Source of the DNA: Hydrolagus affinis
Taxonomy: Eukaryota
Length of the DNA: 64,000 nt
Assembly (NCBI GenBank): GCA_012026655.1
Contig: JAAILG010001019.1
Span: 1-64,000, forward strand
Direction: 5' to 3'
The stretch's first letter is position 1. Each line of letters opens with the position of its first letter. The position numbers were made by a program, and so were the translations under genes. A model generated the notes under the pieces. It saw only the letters and a list, made by a program, of their open reading frames with translations, did not search any database and was not told the DNA's origin. Positions 36,739-49,779 of this stretch are shown piece after piece.

Positions 36739-38429
36739 TTGATGAAGGTAAACACCCTCTACGGGAGAATGTGTCCCTAACTAGACAAATGTCACAGTAT
36801 TGCAGTAATGTGTCATCCCAGTTGCAGACACACACATAATCCTTGAATCTGATTAGATTATTAGATCATCCTGGTAGCTAAACATGTTGCAGTAGCTCAG
36901 TTTGCTGAAGCTTTGGAGGATGTCCCAAGGTGCTGGACGGTCAGGGATTTGGCCCATACCAGGAGGTTGGTTGGGATCAGGAGCATCCAACTTCAATGCT
37001 CTACAAGAATATAGTGTCAGGATACTTCATATGGAAACTTTCTGTTGATCACTACTGTACTGAAACAGAAACCTAGTACAGTACTTTTCCACAGCAAGAG
37101 AACTGGAGGTACACATTCTCTGAGCTGTTTTGATAAGCTTTTGTGCCAACCTTTTGTGTGGCCTGGTGCAGAGGCCAGGGAAATCTTATCCCGACTTCTT
37201 TACTAGGTAAAGTGTGGCTGACGTCAGTTTGAGGGAGGATAAAAGCATGTTTTTGAAGAATAAACCATTTTCGAAAGTTTTCCACTTTTGTGTTATCATG
37301 TACTCTCGCATCTATACAGGCGCTAAGCAGTGACAGGTCATGTGCAGCACCTTAGAAGCTACCAGATACCAAAGATATTCTGCTTCTATTGTCTCCAATA
37401 CAATCAAAGGGTATTATTAATATCACAAAATGTAAGAAAAAGAGTTCCTGTGCTTTATACAGCTGTCAGGGAGTGAAGAATGCCTGAGAACATTAAAAGG
37501 AATCTCAGACAATTGTTGTACAGTACATTCAATCTGTTAATGTAATCTTTTTTCTGAATCTCGTGGTACATGTTTTGTCATATAGATTCATGCTTTTAAC
37601 ACATTGACTTTTGATGTGCAGCTGCTTATTTTCTCTTGCTGCCATTCCATTTAATGTTCAAGTTATCGCTGTTGCCATTTCCTTGCTCCACAAACAGCTT
37701 TTACATGTTGCGGATGTGCACAACGTGGAAACCCTGTCCCTTTCCAATCCATGCTGCTGTTCCTCTCATGTCTGAGTGCATTAAGTGTGGATTAAGTCAG
37801 ATGATTCAAGCCAAACACTTTATCAAGCGTACCTTTTCACTCTGTGCATTGAGACGAGGAAATCACATAATCCATTGTGTGGAGTGGGAAGGATAAATTA
37901 GGCTTTCCATACCACATCCTTAAACTGCTGGGCGCAAAGCAGTATGTACAAGGCAATGCAAAAATGCTTTAAATATATTCCTTCTGTTTATGTGTCTTTC
38001 TTGTTTACTTTCTCTTTATTACCATTTCTTCCATATTTTATCTTTTCTTTTATTTCTGTGCGTTTTTTTAAAACCCATGTTTTATCCCATTTCTAACTGA
38101 CTCGCATGTTGATTGTAAGGACCGCAGTGGATAAAATCTGTCTTTGGTTGGCTGAAACATGTTTCCAGTATATTTTTAAAGTATCTTTATCCCTTGGATG
38201 AGACATTAAACTGTGGTCTGATCCGTCGGTTCAGATGGATAACAATAATAATCCTTGCATTTGAAATAGCGCTTTTCATGTCTTCCAGATGTCTCAAAAC
38301 ACTTCACAGAATATGCTGTAAAGTGAATTGACTGTATATTAGTGGACTAAATGTGGCAACCAATTGCACACAGTGTCCCACAACACTCGTGGATTGAAAT
38401 GACCTATTTTATTAATATATATTTTTTGA

Positions 38430-38565
38430 ACCCAGTTCTAATGAAGGGTCGTGGACCCGAAACGTTGACTCACTTTCCTTTCTCCATGGATGCTGCCTGA
38501 CCTGCTGAGTTTTCCCAGCAACTTCTGTTTTTGTTTCAGATTTCTAGCATCTGTAGTATTTTGTG
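38430..38565 (+). mobile_element. Penelope-like element remnant with a minimal hammerhead-like motif
   Basis: agttctaatgaagggtcgtggacccgaaacgttgact followed by ttctccatggatgctgcctgacctgctgagt. Related copies at 32287-32377(-) and 53198-53296(+). Confidence 0.65.
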
Positions 38566-39514
38566 TTTCACATAACATTATACTGTATTCTATGAAACAC
38601 TTTGAGTTGTCTAGCATGCACGAAAAGCACTACATCAACTGCAAGTATTATTATTATACTTATTTTTATTATCTTCACTCAATTTGTCACTGTGGTGATA
38701 CAGTAAACGCCTTTTATGTCTCTTTTTTGGACAAATCTGCAGACTTGACTCTGGGAAAGTGCAGAGTGTATAAGTGAATGAATTGCCAAACAGTGTTGCG
38801 GGGGAAAATTAGTATTTATTCTGAACTTCGATGTAAACAACAGAAAGTGCTGAACAAAACCACATTATACTGTCAAGTGTTTAGTCTTCTCAGATGTCTT
38901 GTTGCCGCTGGGAGAGTTTTGGCAGAGGGTTTGACTGTACTGTGAATGTTTTGAATTGGATCATTGGAAATGTTTCATGGTTCGCTCAGCACTTTGCGTT
39001 AAGTTGTGCTTGGACCAGGAAGCCTACATAAGAACAGTATTTGGGAAGAAGTTTGATACATTGGAATTTTATTCTTGGATCAGATCAATGTTTATACAGA
39101 GTTGACTGCAACGTAAGAAGACTTTGTGTTACTATTTCTTTCCAACTGTTTGAATACAAGGAAAGGGTTGGAAACGAAATCTAGGCTCTTGTGTTGCAGT
39201 TATTTACCCAATTTAGTTGTCCAGTATGTTATAAAGCATAATTTGGGTGATAGATTAAATAAAGAATTAACGACCACAGCATTGTGATCACTCAATTGTA
39301 GAACAATGTCAAGTTACACCTGTATTCCGTATAGTTTTGTTGCTACTACTTAACATCTTGTAACACAATCCTTCAGTACTCATCAATAAGCAGATTCCAT
39401 GAGGTGAGCCGGTGGCATGTAAGGCTTAGCAAGGGGAAGCTTTTGACTGTGCGCTGTTCAACGCCTTAACTTACCCCTGCCATGAAAGGTGCTGTCAGAA
39501 GTTCTCCAAAGTAA

Positions 39515-39670
39515 AAGAATTACAAAGAATTGCAAAGAATGTACTGCATGGAAACAGGACACTTTGCCCAATTAGTCCATGTCAGTGTTTATACTTCATC
39601 CATTCCTTACTCCCTCCCATATCTTTCTCTCCCCTCCCCATCATGTGATGGTCTAGCTTCCTCTTAAATT
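39515..39670 (-). mobile_element. Decayed CR1 3' UTR remnant
   Basis: The reverse complement resembles the CR1 3' end seen at 61260-61350 (cctgtttccatg), with short terminal repeats. Confidence 0.45.
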
Positions 39671-40496
39671 GTGTACTTACTATCTGTACTATGATGTTAT
39701 ATTTAAAGCAAGGATCATTATCATCATTATTAATTAAAATATGCATTCCCTTTCTAAGAAATATTTTTAGTATATACAGTACATGATGTAGAGTTTGCCA
39801 GTAATTGACTGGAAATTAATTCTTGATAAATTAGCAGTAATGATGTGCTCTTCATTAATCTTGCACTTGCGCTCCTTCGCGCCTTGACTTTGTAAAGAAC
39901 ACAACCAGATGCCACTGACATCTGTTGCCAGCAACGCGATATATGTAAAGCAGAGTGAACCCCACCATATGAAAAATAGTATGTGTCATAAAAGAGAAGC
40001 ACACACCAGAGAGTTCAATCCTGAAAACTAATCTCAAGTCTTTGGATGATCTTTACAAATGGTTTGACTCGACTTGACATCATTTGAACTCCTTTATTAG
40101 ACTGGGTAATCACTCCCAGTTGTACAATATTCTCTGTCATCACATTCAGTAAAGTGGATAATCTGTGTTTTACCGTTAGATTTTTATTCCCTTGTGTACC
40201 AGCGTCAGTGTTACTTCTTGTATCTTTACAACTTCTCGATTCACACCTGTGGAGTTCCTCGCTTTCACACTTGTAAATGTACTTCAACTTTGAGGCTACT
40301 CTGTTCTGCTAAAATAGATTAGAGTTAACGGAATTAATGGCAAATTAGCAGTTATCTTTGATAATTTAGCAATCGGAAGCAGATGGTGAGGATAAATAAA
40401 AAGTGTTGGTCTGAACAGCTGTGCAGTAGAGTTCTGACAAGGGTCTTTTCTGGGTCCCTTACTCACAACAAATACCTTACATGAAATTATTTGTCG

Positions 40497-40790
40497 AATC
40501 CTCTAGTTCAGTAGTTAGAGCAATTACCTCACAAGTGAGAGGCCTGGGTTTGATTCCCGGCAGGGCAAAACCTTGGGCAAGTTTCCTTACTCCACATTGA
40601 GAAGCCTGATAATAATCCCTCAAGAAACGGAACAATAATATTGGTCACTTTAATCCATGACTGTTTGTGGTAATTAGCTGCTGCGTTTCACTCCCAAAAA
40701 TAAAGTAAATTCACTTTAAAATATATTTTGTGAAGTGCTTTGAGATGTCTAGAAGAGGTAAAAAGTACTATATCAAATGCAAGGATTTTT
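40497..40790 (+). mobile_element. Full-length SINE family A
   Basis: Head cctctagttcagtagttagagc...gggtttgattcccgg and tail atatcaaatgcaaggatt. Confidence 0.88.
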
Positions 40791-40891
40791 TTTAATCTAC
40801 CATAACATTTTCTCTTGAAATTAAATGAAGAGTACACTTGGGAGGAGGGTAGTGAGCATGTTCTGGAAGGATGAGTTAGATGTGCTGAAGG

Positions 40892-41285
40892 ACAACTACA
40901 ACAACAAAATTACATTTGTAGAGCGCCTTTCATGTCAGAGGACGTCCAAAAGCACTGAACAATCATGGGTCAGGACCCAAGCATTGGGGAGTGGGGGGTG
41001 GCAGGGTTGGGATGAGACAGGGCAAAGAGGTAGGATGGCGACTGAAGGCATGGTCAAACAGGAGGATCTTGAGACCGGACTTGAAGGAGGCAAGGGAGGA
41101 AGCAAAGTGAAGGCATTGTGGGATGGAGTTCCAAAGTGTTGGGGCAGAGAGGCTGAAAGTCCGGCCACTGATGGTAGGGCGGGTCGAGCGGGAGACATGG
41201 AGTAGGCCGGAACCTCCTGAGCGGAGGGAGCGGACAGGTTGGTAGTGGTCAGAGAGGTAGGAGGAGGCAAGACCAAAGAGATTCA
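40892..41285 (-). mobile_element. L2 LINE 3' fragment
   Basis: Minus-strand translation VRSLRS...GRTFSLSAPTLWNSIP...SFKSGLKILLFDHAF; (caa)n tail on the plus strand. Confidence 0.88.
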
Positions 41286-42504
41286 TCTGAAACAATCTTG
41301 TGGTGTGAATGAGGACAAACAGCAGTTGAGAAGATATGGACCAATTTGGCAATATAGTCGAAGAGTGGAGGTTGGATTTTAATTCAGGTAAATGTGCAGT
41401 AATGTCCATTAGGACAAGAAAACGGTTATTTGGCAATTTTGTATTATTGATCATTAACTGAATCAGTAGATTGAGTGAGGTGAAGGTCATGACAGGCTAA
41501 CATTTGTTTACTTTGTGCAAGGGACTGGCTTGATGGCCAAATAACCTTTTCTCATTTGATGCTTTCTCAGCAAATATAACTGGCATTGCATCTGGAATTC
41601 CTGTTATTGGCTTTCTCCATAATACGCTGCTGTAATAATGTACTTGTAGAAGCCATCCCTCTGATTTTGATTGATAAACAAGGCACTCACAAACCAGAAG
41701 CTAACAGTAATAGCATCTGAACTTGCTAAAAAAAATGCATATTTACTGCCTGTTTTGTGACCAGGATTCTGTCTGACATTTTAAGCCTTTTCCTCCTCGA
41801 GAAGTGGTCTGAAAGCAAAATGCCAACTGCAAACACAAAGGTTTAATTGAACAACATACTCAAGTACTGATCTTTATAGAATAGTGTAACATGTTATTGA
41901 TTCCACAAAAGGAACATTCTTGACCTGAATCCAGCTTTCTTGCATTTTTGATGGCATGTTGCGTAAACTTACAACTTCGGTGAGGAGCAATGAAAAGGTT
42001 GAGGCACTCTGTTGAGACTGGTTTTGGCTGTGGGTTTGACCTCAACGAGAGCATGTCCTGCGCTTTCATATGCTGTTTTACAATCGTTTGTCTTTTGATA
42101 CAGCGCTACTATACACACAGGTCGGGAGGACTTGGGACGTCCTCCCGACGTGAAAGGCGCTCTATAAGTGCAAGTTGTTGTTGTTGATAGAGACTAGTTT
42201 TATTTACAGGAACATTGACGTCTTGGCGAAACACTGGAGGTCTCTCTCCCTTACTGGAGAGAGAGCGATTGCCAGAAACCCAATCGGTGATCGGATTCCA
42301 TTCTGCCAGCAATTGTGTTCATTGTGAAGATTCTTTAACTCTACCCCACAGCCACGCTGGCTGATCTTGACTTGGCGACTGTAGGAAAATGATCTGAAAC
42401 GGTGGCAATGCCTCTTTGAGTGTCTTGGCCACTATGGATTTTTTAACGAGGGAGTAACCAGGAGGATTATTTAGGAAAGCTGCTGTGGAATGCAACTTAA
42501 ATGC

Positions 42505-42656
42505 TAAGCGCTTCGAGATGCTGTCTGGAGTGAAGGGCGCTATATAAATGCAAGTTATTATTGTTGTTGTTAATGTTATCTGAAACACTGTCTGTCCAGC
42601 GCCTTGGGATATCCTCCTGATGTGAAGGCGCTATACAAATGTAATTTTGTTGTTGA
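42505..42656 (+). mobile_element. Two tandem ultra-short L2-type tails immediately upstream of a NAV3 acceptor
   Basis: aagcgcttcgagatgctgtctggagtgaagggcgctatataaatgcaagttattattgttg and cagcgccttgggatatcctcctgatgtgaaggcgctatacaaatgtaattttgttgttg. Confidence 0.8.
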
Positions 42657-42683
42657 TAATGGGAGCTTGTTCTGTTTTTGCAG

Positions 42684-42803
42684 GTACATGACTGACGGAG
42701 GGCTTAATCTGTACACTCGCAGCATGAACCGAATCCCAGACGTGACGGCCACCCGCGATGTCATACAGAGGGGTGTACCTGACGTCTCAGCAGACACAGA
42801 CAG
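42684..42803 (+). CDS. NAV3: NAV3 internal coding exon (120 nt)
   Basis: Acceptor tctgtttttgcag|G and donor ACAG|gtaagg. Encodes YMTDGGLNLYTRSMNRIPDVTATRDVIQRGVPDVSADTD(S). The next expected exon (WDDSSSVSS) was not seen in the window. Confidence 0.94.
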
Positions 42804-43744
42804 GTAAGGGTGAAACGTTGTACTTTTCTGCTGATTTAGTTCCTTAAAAACATAATATGCAACCTGGTTGGGTCTAATGATCCAGCAGCTTCTGTTCTTT
42901 GTACTTGAAGTTGCATCCAGCGCCTTGGGACCTCTTCCCGACGTTAAAGACGCTATTACAAATATAATTTTGTATTGTATCTAGCAGTGACTGTGTACGG
43001 TCAGTTAGCCACCACAACAGTATCTCCCCTTCCCATCTCATACTCTTTCTGGCAGTGATGGACAATTTATGGCTGAATTGTGGATGGGGCAGTCAGCAAG
43101 GAGGTGGCTTGTTTGAACAACTGTGACAAGGACGAACTTTCATTCCATGTACTCTAAGGATACTGACACCTCGGTAGATAGCTCATGTCATACTTGCTGT
43201 CATTGAAGAGTAAATTGTCAGTGCCAAATAACACTTGAGCAGTTATTCGAGTAGGTGCAGAAGATTTGTGGAAGACTTTTCCGTGGAAGGCTTACTAGTT
43301 ATTGAAATTGACAGTTTGCCCTCTCCTGTGAGAGCCGCATCTGGGGCTAGAACCACCGACTGCTTTGCAGTCACTGGATCATTGCCTGTGACAGTGGCTG
43401 GCATTCGTGAAATGAAAAATACCATCGACAGATAGAGGAAAAGTTGACAATCTGTCCAATGGTGAAACGACTTACGAAACAGGAAAGGGCTCAAGCAGTC
43501 CCAGTCACCGTGAGTTGCGCGGTTGGAACCCTAAGCTGCTGAGCACATTGTTTTGCACTGTTTCTCAGGATAATTCCATACATAGTTGGTGTTAGTTGAT
43601 CCAATGCAAAGGGCTGCTTTTCTCTGATCTCTGCAGCCGACCAGATTCCACTTATCATTCCACATCCACAGCAGTGGGAATCCATTCACACATGTGTGGT
43701 GAGCCAGCAGGAAATATAATCTGAGATGAAGGGCTTGTTCTTTT

Positions 43745-43910
43745 ATTTCCCCCAAACCACCATTGGTGGCTGAGCCTTCAGGAACTATGCTTCCACTTCC
43801 TCTCAGTACCACTCCATCTGTCTTTAAATCCCATCTAAAAATCGACCTCTTTGACCCTCTCGTCATCTCCCTTCTTCCCCTCTTCCCTTGGCTCGGCCTC
43901 TGACCCCATC
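43745..43910 (+). mobile_element. Decayed L2 3' fragment
   Basis: accaccattggtggctgagccttcag...tttaaatcccatctaaaaatcgacctctttgac matches the other L2 3' ends in this window. Confidence 0.55.
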
Positions 43911-43985
43911 CCTATCAAACTCTCAGATATTATCTTACAAATACGATTTGTTGCAAATTCTCCGATTTTACAAATGAAACACATT

Positions 43986-44004
43986 TTGCCTGCAGATGGC
44001 AGTG
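43986..44004 (+). promoter_or_regulatory. Candidate CTCF motif
   Basis: ttgCCTGCAGATGGCAGtg resembles the CCASYAGRKGGCRS consensus. Motif match only. Confidence 0.3.
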
Positions 44005-44630
44005 CAGGAACCTTTCTGCACAACTTGCAATTGCTGCTTTGAAACGTTCATCATATAGCACTTGATGAGGAATATACAGATGCAAGTTACCTGATGGTTC
44101 TTATGTCCTCAGGTGGTCATTTGGAGAAGCAAGTCTGACCAGGCTTTTTTTTTAGAAATAAAGGATCCCTTTAATCCTGCTGTGGGAGAAGAACTCCGAT
44201 AGGGATGAGTATCTTTATCAAGAGCCAAACTGCAAACCATGTTTAGCAGAAGCCGCTAGATTTTTTTCTATTAGACTGAATGTGCGATGAACACGTTGAA
44301 ACAAATTAACTGTGAAAAGAATGCAAATATAATGTAATTATCTGTTGCTGGCTTCATACCAGCATTTAACAAATGGACTTTAACCACTTAGCTCATCAGC
44401 CTGTCATACAGACATATCCATGAGTCACACAATACTGTTTACTGACCCCTGGTTCAAGTATACACAGAGGAAATGTAATGACACTTTTCCACAGTGCCAA
44501 AAGTCAGTAATAGCAACAAAATGGTTTTGGTAAAGGTGCCTTGATATCCGCGTTGCATTTCCTACATAGATCAAGAACTAATATCTCTTTAGTGGCCTCG
44601 AGCTTTGAAAACTATCAGTACTGATCATTT

Positions 44631-44698
44631 CAGCGCCTTGGGACGTCCTCCCGACGTGAAAGGCGCTCTATAAATGTAATTTGTTGTTGTTGCTGTTG
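44631..44698 (+). mobile_element. Ultra-short L2 3' terminal insertion
   Basis: About 60 nt identical to the copy at 5919. Confidence 0.85.
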
Positions 44699-45971
44699 AA
44701 GTAAAATGGTGCTGAGCAGAGCAGTGAAGTTGTCAGCTGTGGATTCAGTACGCTATGGCATTGTGATCAAGGATTACTTGTATGTTTTGTTGCAGATCAG
44801 CAGTACACCTCAAAGTGACTTTACGGTAATATGTGAAGCTAATCAGCTCTTCGAAGTTTGGGAAGTCAGCGATTTGTAGAGTTTTGGTCACACTATCTTC
44901 AAATCTTATAGCAAACGCCAGACTCTCAAAGCTCTTTCTGTCAATGGTTCTGAGCAATTTTATGGTTGTTGCCAGCAGGAACCTCATTTAGTTGCCTCCA
45001 CAAACAGCAGTGTTAATGCAAGCCTGCTGCTAACTAACTGGAATCAGCTGAAAGGTTTTCTCCAAATGAAGAATATTTCTCAGCAACCCGCTCCTGCCTT
45101 CCGTTTTCTCTTAAAAAGAGGAATTCCTCTCTCATCTCACTAAGAATTAATGGAAGTCCAGCCACCACAGTGTGCTCCAGAATGAAATGAATGATGAAAT
45201 GTATGGGATACAGGGTGCAGATGAGATTGCCCAGTACATGAGGTTACTGAGCTCTATTGGGTATAGCAATGAGGAAGGAGCCAAGTGAATTGCACCTCTA
45301 CAGAATAGATGGGGAAGTCAAGCCAAGTACCATTGTGGGCAGTTAACAAGGGAAAGTTGAATGATGATGATGATGGGGAAGAGGGCCCTAATGTAAGTGA
45401 GAAGATCTTGCTGGATGTTGAGAAATCATAGAAATTTAATGTGATTTTTTTGGATCTTTTATTATAATAATAATCATCCTTGCATTTGATTAGTGCCTTA
45501 TCACGTCTTTGAAACGTCTCAAAGCGCTTCACGGAACATACTGAAGGTGAATTGACTGTGTCTTTTGTGGGCGAAAACCCATTTGGGCAATTCGGCAATC
45601 AACAGACTTTGAATTGACATCTCAAATATTTATGTTTGTATCCAGTTTGCGCTATGTATGTTTCGCCGCAAAATGCAAACGTGTGTGCTTCTGCTGCTGC
45701 TCTATTAAATTTCAGACAGATGCGCCAATTACAGTGAAATATGCTGTTTACTACTGGTGGATGATAGGAGATTTGAACTGAAATGAGAAATGACATTAAA
45801 CAGAAACGCTGAACACCAAAGCAGGAAAACCCCTAATTTGAATGATTTAAACCACGATGAATGATTAAAGTATCAGGAGAATTTGTAATGAAGTAATTTG
45901 TTTGAACAGAGTTTGCCAGGTGAAAGGCTGTGGTAATTAGAGCTGCAAACATTTCAGAAATTGGCGTAAGC

Positions 45972-46753
45972 TATAATAATAAATAATCTTCACGTTTGAT
46001 GCGGCGCCTTATTGCATCTTCAAGACATCTCAAAGTGCTTCACAGAATATACTGTACTGTGATGTGATTTGACTGTATTTGTTGTGGTGAAACGTGGAGC
46101 ACAACAGTGTCCCACAAACAGATGAGGATTGAGTGACTTTGTTACTATTACAGGTAGACCCCGCTTAACGTCAGCCAGCTTAATGTTATTTAGTTATTAC
46201 GTTGCTGATACTTTGGGAACATATATTCATTTAACACTGCGATATTTGCTATTATGTCATTCGTGCGGGTGGAAAGGGGGCACGGCAGCTCTAGGACCTG
46301 GGAGTGAGCCAGGCTGGCAGCGAGAGAGCGAGCCAGCCGGCAGCGAGTGACACCAGCAGCATGAGTGAACCGGGCAGGCAGTCAAGGAGTATGATAGCAT
46401 TGTGGGGTTTTTTGTTGAAAATTTTGACGAAAAATGTTCAAAAGAACCTAACTCCAGTTTTTACATTCATTCTTATGGGAAAAATGTATTTGATTAACGT
46501 TTTTTCGCGTAAAGACTCACTTTTCAAGAACCAAACTATGACGTTAAGCGGGGTCTACCTGTATTTATTTTTGAAGGAATTATTATCCCCTGAAAAGCGA
46601 TCCGTCCCAATCGACTAACAACCGGGTTCCTACTTACTTCTAGATAAACAGAGGCACCTGGAATAAGGAAATTTGCCCAACGTTTCGTTCTGCCGGGAAT
46701 CAAACCCAGGTCTCTCGCTTGCAAATGGTTCAACCACTAAGCTACAGGATTCC
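45972..46753 (-). mobile_element. SINE family A split by a MITE insertion
   Basis: Tail and core at 45972-46150; head at 46562-46753 ending ccactaagctacaggattcc. Confidence 0.85.
46151..46561. mobile_element. Non-autonomous Tc1/mariner (pogo/Tigger-like) MITE, 411 bp
   Basis: Perfect 23-bp TIRs CAGGTAGACCCCGCTTAACGTCA / TGACGTTAAGCGGGGTCTACCTG, flanked by TA on both sides. No transposase ORF. Confidence 0.93.
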
Positions 46754-49332
46754 GTAAGCTCTGCTATTCAGAGTCGTTACCCCATTCTAAAGTCTTTGCA
46801 GTAATTTTATCTCTGCTGCACCAGTCCAGTAAACTTTGCCACAGAGTGAAAATAATGATCTCTGTGCTGCCGAATTGATTTTAAAAAAAGACTGGAAACA
46901 CTTTGGAAATCTATGCATTGTTATATCCACCATGATAATGCAACTATTTCTAAATTAGTGGGTGAAAGGATTTCTCATGGGAATTTGGATGGAGCTGTAA
47001 TTTGAGCAACTGAATTCATAATTGGTGGGGGTTTTTTGCTCTGATTCTAAAATGTCATAGAGGGGAGGAAAAAAAGGGCAAATACTGGTGCAGAAATCTA
47101 GCCATTCGATTAACTATTGAATGTAAATCTTGTGGTCGATTTTTTTTTGTGTGCAAATTTCTTAACTAGAAAGGCAAAATCGCATCACAGGATCCCCTTA
47201 CTGATTCAATCTACTTTGAGAGAATGGTTCCCCTTGAGTGGGAGTGATGTGAATGACATATTACCAGAATTAAGATTTTACTAGATGAGAAATTTGTTAA
47301 AATTACTGCAGTCTGTCTCGTACTGTCAGAAATACGTGCAGTTGGAGTTGTGTCCCATTGAGAACAGTACCGCAAATTACAAGGTGTATTTTTTGAGTTG
47401 TATAAAAGGCAGGCTTTAGTTTCGTTTAACACCTCTCCCAAGATTTTGGATTTCCCTCTCTTGATTAAACTCCAAAATGATTTCCGTGGTAGATCTTAGC
47501 AGAGCAGTCAAAGACCCAGAAAAATATCAAAATAGATCGCTAATGGCAAATATTGCACCCCCACCTCTGAATTTTTTAAAAAAAAATCTCTTGTGCTTAA
47601 GGAACAAATATGTATGCAGTGCTTATATCGAATGCAAGGATTATTACTTATGCAATGTGAAGTGGATGAGAGGCTATCAGTCAGGGTCATTTATCTGAAG
47701 AGTTCCTGACATGAGTTCACAGGTTCCAAATTTATCTTACCAGCAGTGACTGGCCTGCTGATTGCATGGGGAGTTTGTCTGTTCACTATTTTTCTTTTTT
47801 TCATTCTTTGTCTACTGAGGTTGGGCCCCTCCTGTCATGCATCATTTTGCTACCAAGTATATAAGCAGGAACCTGTCCCTAGGCCGTTGCCAGTGCCCCA
47901 ATTAACTAGCTGCTGGGAGGTGTGAGAGAAACACAGTCTGACCTACCAATGATTTCCTCTCCCTCCCTAAGGAGGTGTACCTTGTCTCCACTTACACCCT
48001 CGCTAAATGACCCTAGCTGAGGCGCAAAACCCAATGGATGAGCAATTGTGAAGTTAGCCAATATTCCGGCACTGCATTACAGTGCAGCACATCAATATAG
48101 AATAATACACTACCTTGCAGGTAGCTGAAGGAAATGTAACGGTGGGGTTCTCTGGCTATTGGCTTTTTGATTTACTACACAAATTACTCAAAAGGATGAA
48201 AAGCTAATTATTAAAGAAAAGACATCCACTGTTTTGCTATTGTGGGTGGAAGCCAGTATAACTTTGGGCTTTGGGACGTCCTCCCGACTTGAAAGGCGCT
48301 ATATAAGTGCAATTTTGTTGTTGTTGTTGTTGTAACTGCTGATCCAAAAAGCTGCAACATTTGATGGCAGTTGTGTAACAATTGGCTGATTATATTCCTG
48401 ACAGGGGCAAGAAATGCTTTTGTGCTGGAATGGTATCCACAGGGTATAGCATTTACAACAATACTGGCATTACATTTCCCTTAAGGTGTGGCTGGATTAC
48501 AAAATACACTGAAATCTACATTTTGATAGTTTAAAATGTATAGAATGAGAATGTAGTGATGTTGTCAGTCCTTATTTTATAGACCGAAGCTTATAGGTCT
48601 TTGTCTTTAGCTGAAGAAAAGTGTTTCCATACAGCAGCTTCTGTCTGATATGTAGTGAAGAATGCAAAAAGTCGTTAAATTGTTTAGACTAGCAGTCAGG
48701 AAACCGCATCAATTTGTTCTTTTTGCTGGTGTTCTAACAATCTGCCAATTTTGTTTTAATGTACAATTTGCTATATTCGGTAAAATCTCTTATAGTAATA
48801 TAATAAGTATGTCCCCTGATGTGAAAGGCGTTTGTTCTATCGAACGCAAGGATTCTTACTGTTTTATTAAAATCTCTTCATTATCTTTAGACAGTTCTAT
48901 TAACTTCAAACCATCTGACAATCACTGCTAAGAATTCGAAGCACTAGGTTCAACATATGACACTGCATAGCAATAGGGGCTTCTGCATAGCAACAGTCTA
49001 CTCTCCCCTGAGACAATAAGGCACGGTCTTTTCTCCCTGGATGCTTTCTTGGGTTCTTTGTTCTTGTGATTTTTTGGGGGGGATTAGCATCAAACCAGCT
49101 ATCCAAAGATCCAACTAGTCAGCAACCCTAACTCCCGGTATATGCTCAGTGTGTGACAATGGCTCAGTTGGTACAACAACAACTTGGATTTATATAATGC
49201 CTTCCACGTCAGACGGTGTCTCAGAGTGCTTCCCTATAATGGATCCCAGGGCCGTGCCAGGGGGAGGGGGAAAAAGGTGATCTAAAGTGCGGTTGAAAAG
49301 AAAGGTTTTAGCCGAGATCTGAAAGTAGGAAG

Positions 49333-49727
49333 TTGGTAGTATTCTTACCTCTGAGTCAGAAGATTGTGGGTTCAAGTACCATATTGGGACTTTCCATTCA
49401 TAATCTAGGCTGACACTACAATAAGTGCTGGGGGAGCGTTACTTGTTGCAGGTGCCGTCCTTCAACTGAGACGATAAACCGGAGATCCCGTCTGCCTGCT
49501 CAGGCTCACGTTCAAGATCTCATGGAATTATTCGAAAAGAGAAGTGATTTCTCCTGGTGATCTATCCTGGTGTCATTCACTTCATCTTCTGTTTGTGGTA
49601 CGTGGCTTTGTACAAGATTGGCTGGTGCATTTGCCTACAAAAATATACAGTCCCTGCACTTTACCATGAATTCTGAGAAGCACTTCACAATGTAAAAGGC
49701 ATAAAATCAAATGTAAAAAATATTATT
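49333..49727 (+). mobile_element. Older tRNA-derived SINE (family B, DeuSINE/SacSINE1-like)
   Basis: Head ggtagtattcttacctctgagtcagaagattgtgggttcaagt, body ataatctaggctgacact...gtgccgtccttcaactgagacgataaacc, and the same 3' tail type as family A. Family name is from recall. Confidence 0.7.
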
Positions 49728-49779
49728 CAAAGGATATTTCCCTGTTTCCTTCACCTCTTTTCTTGCCTCCTCTTCACAA

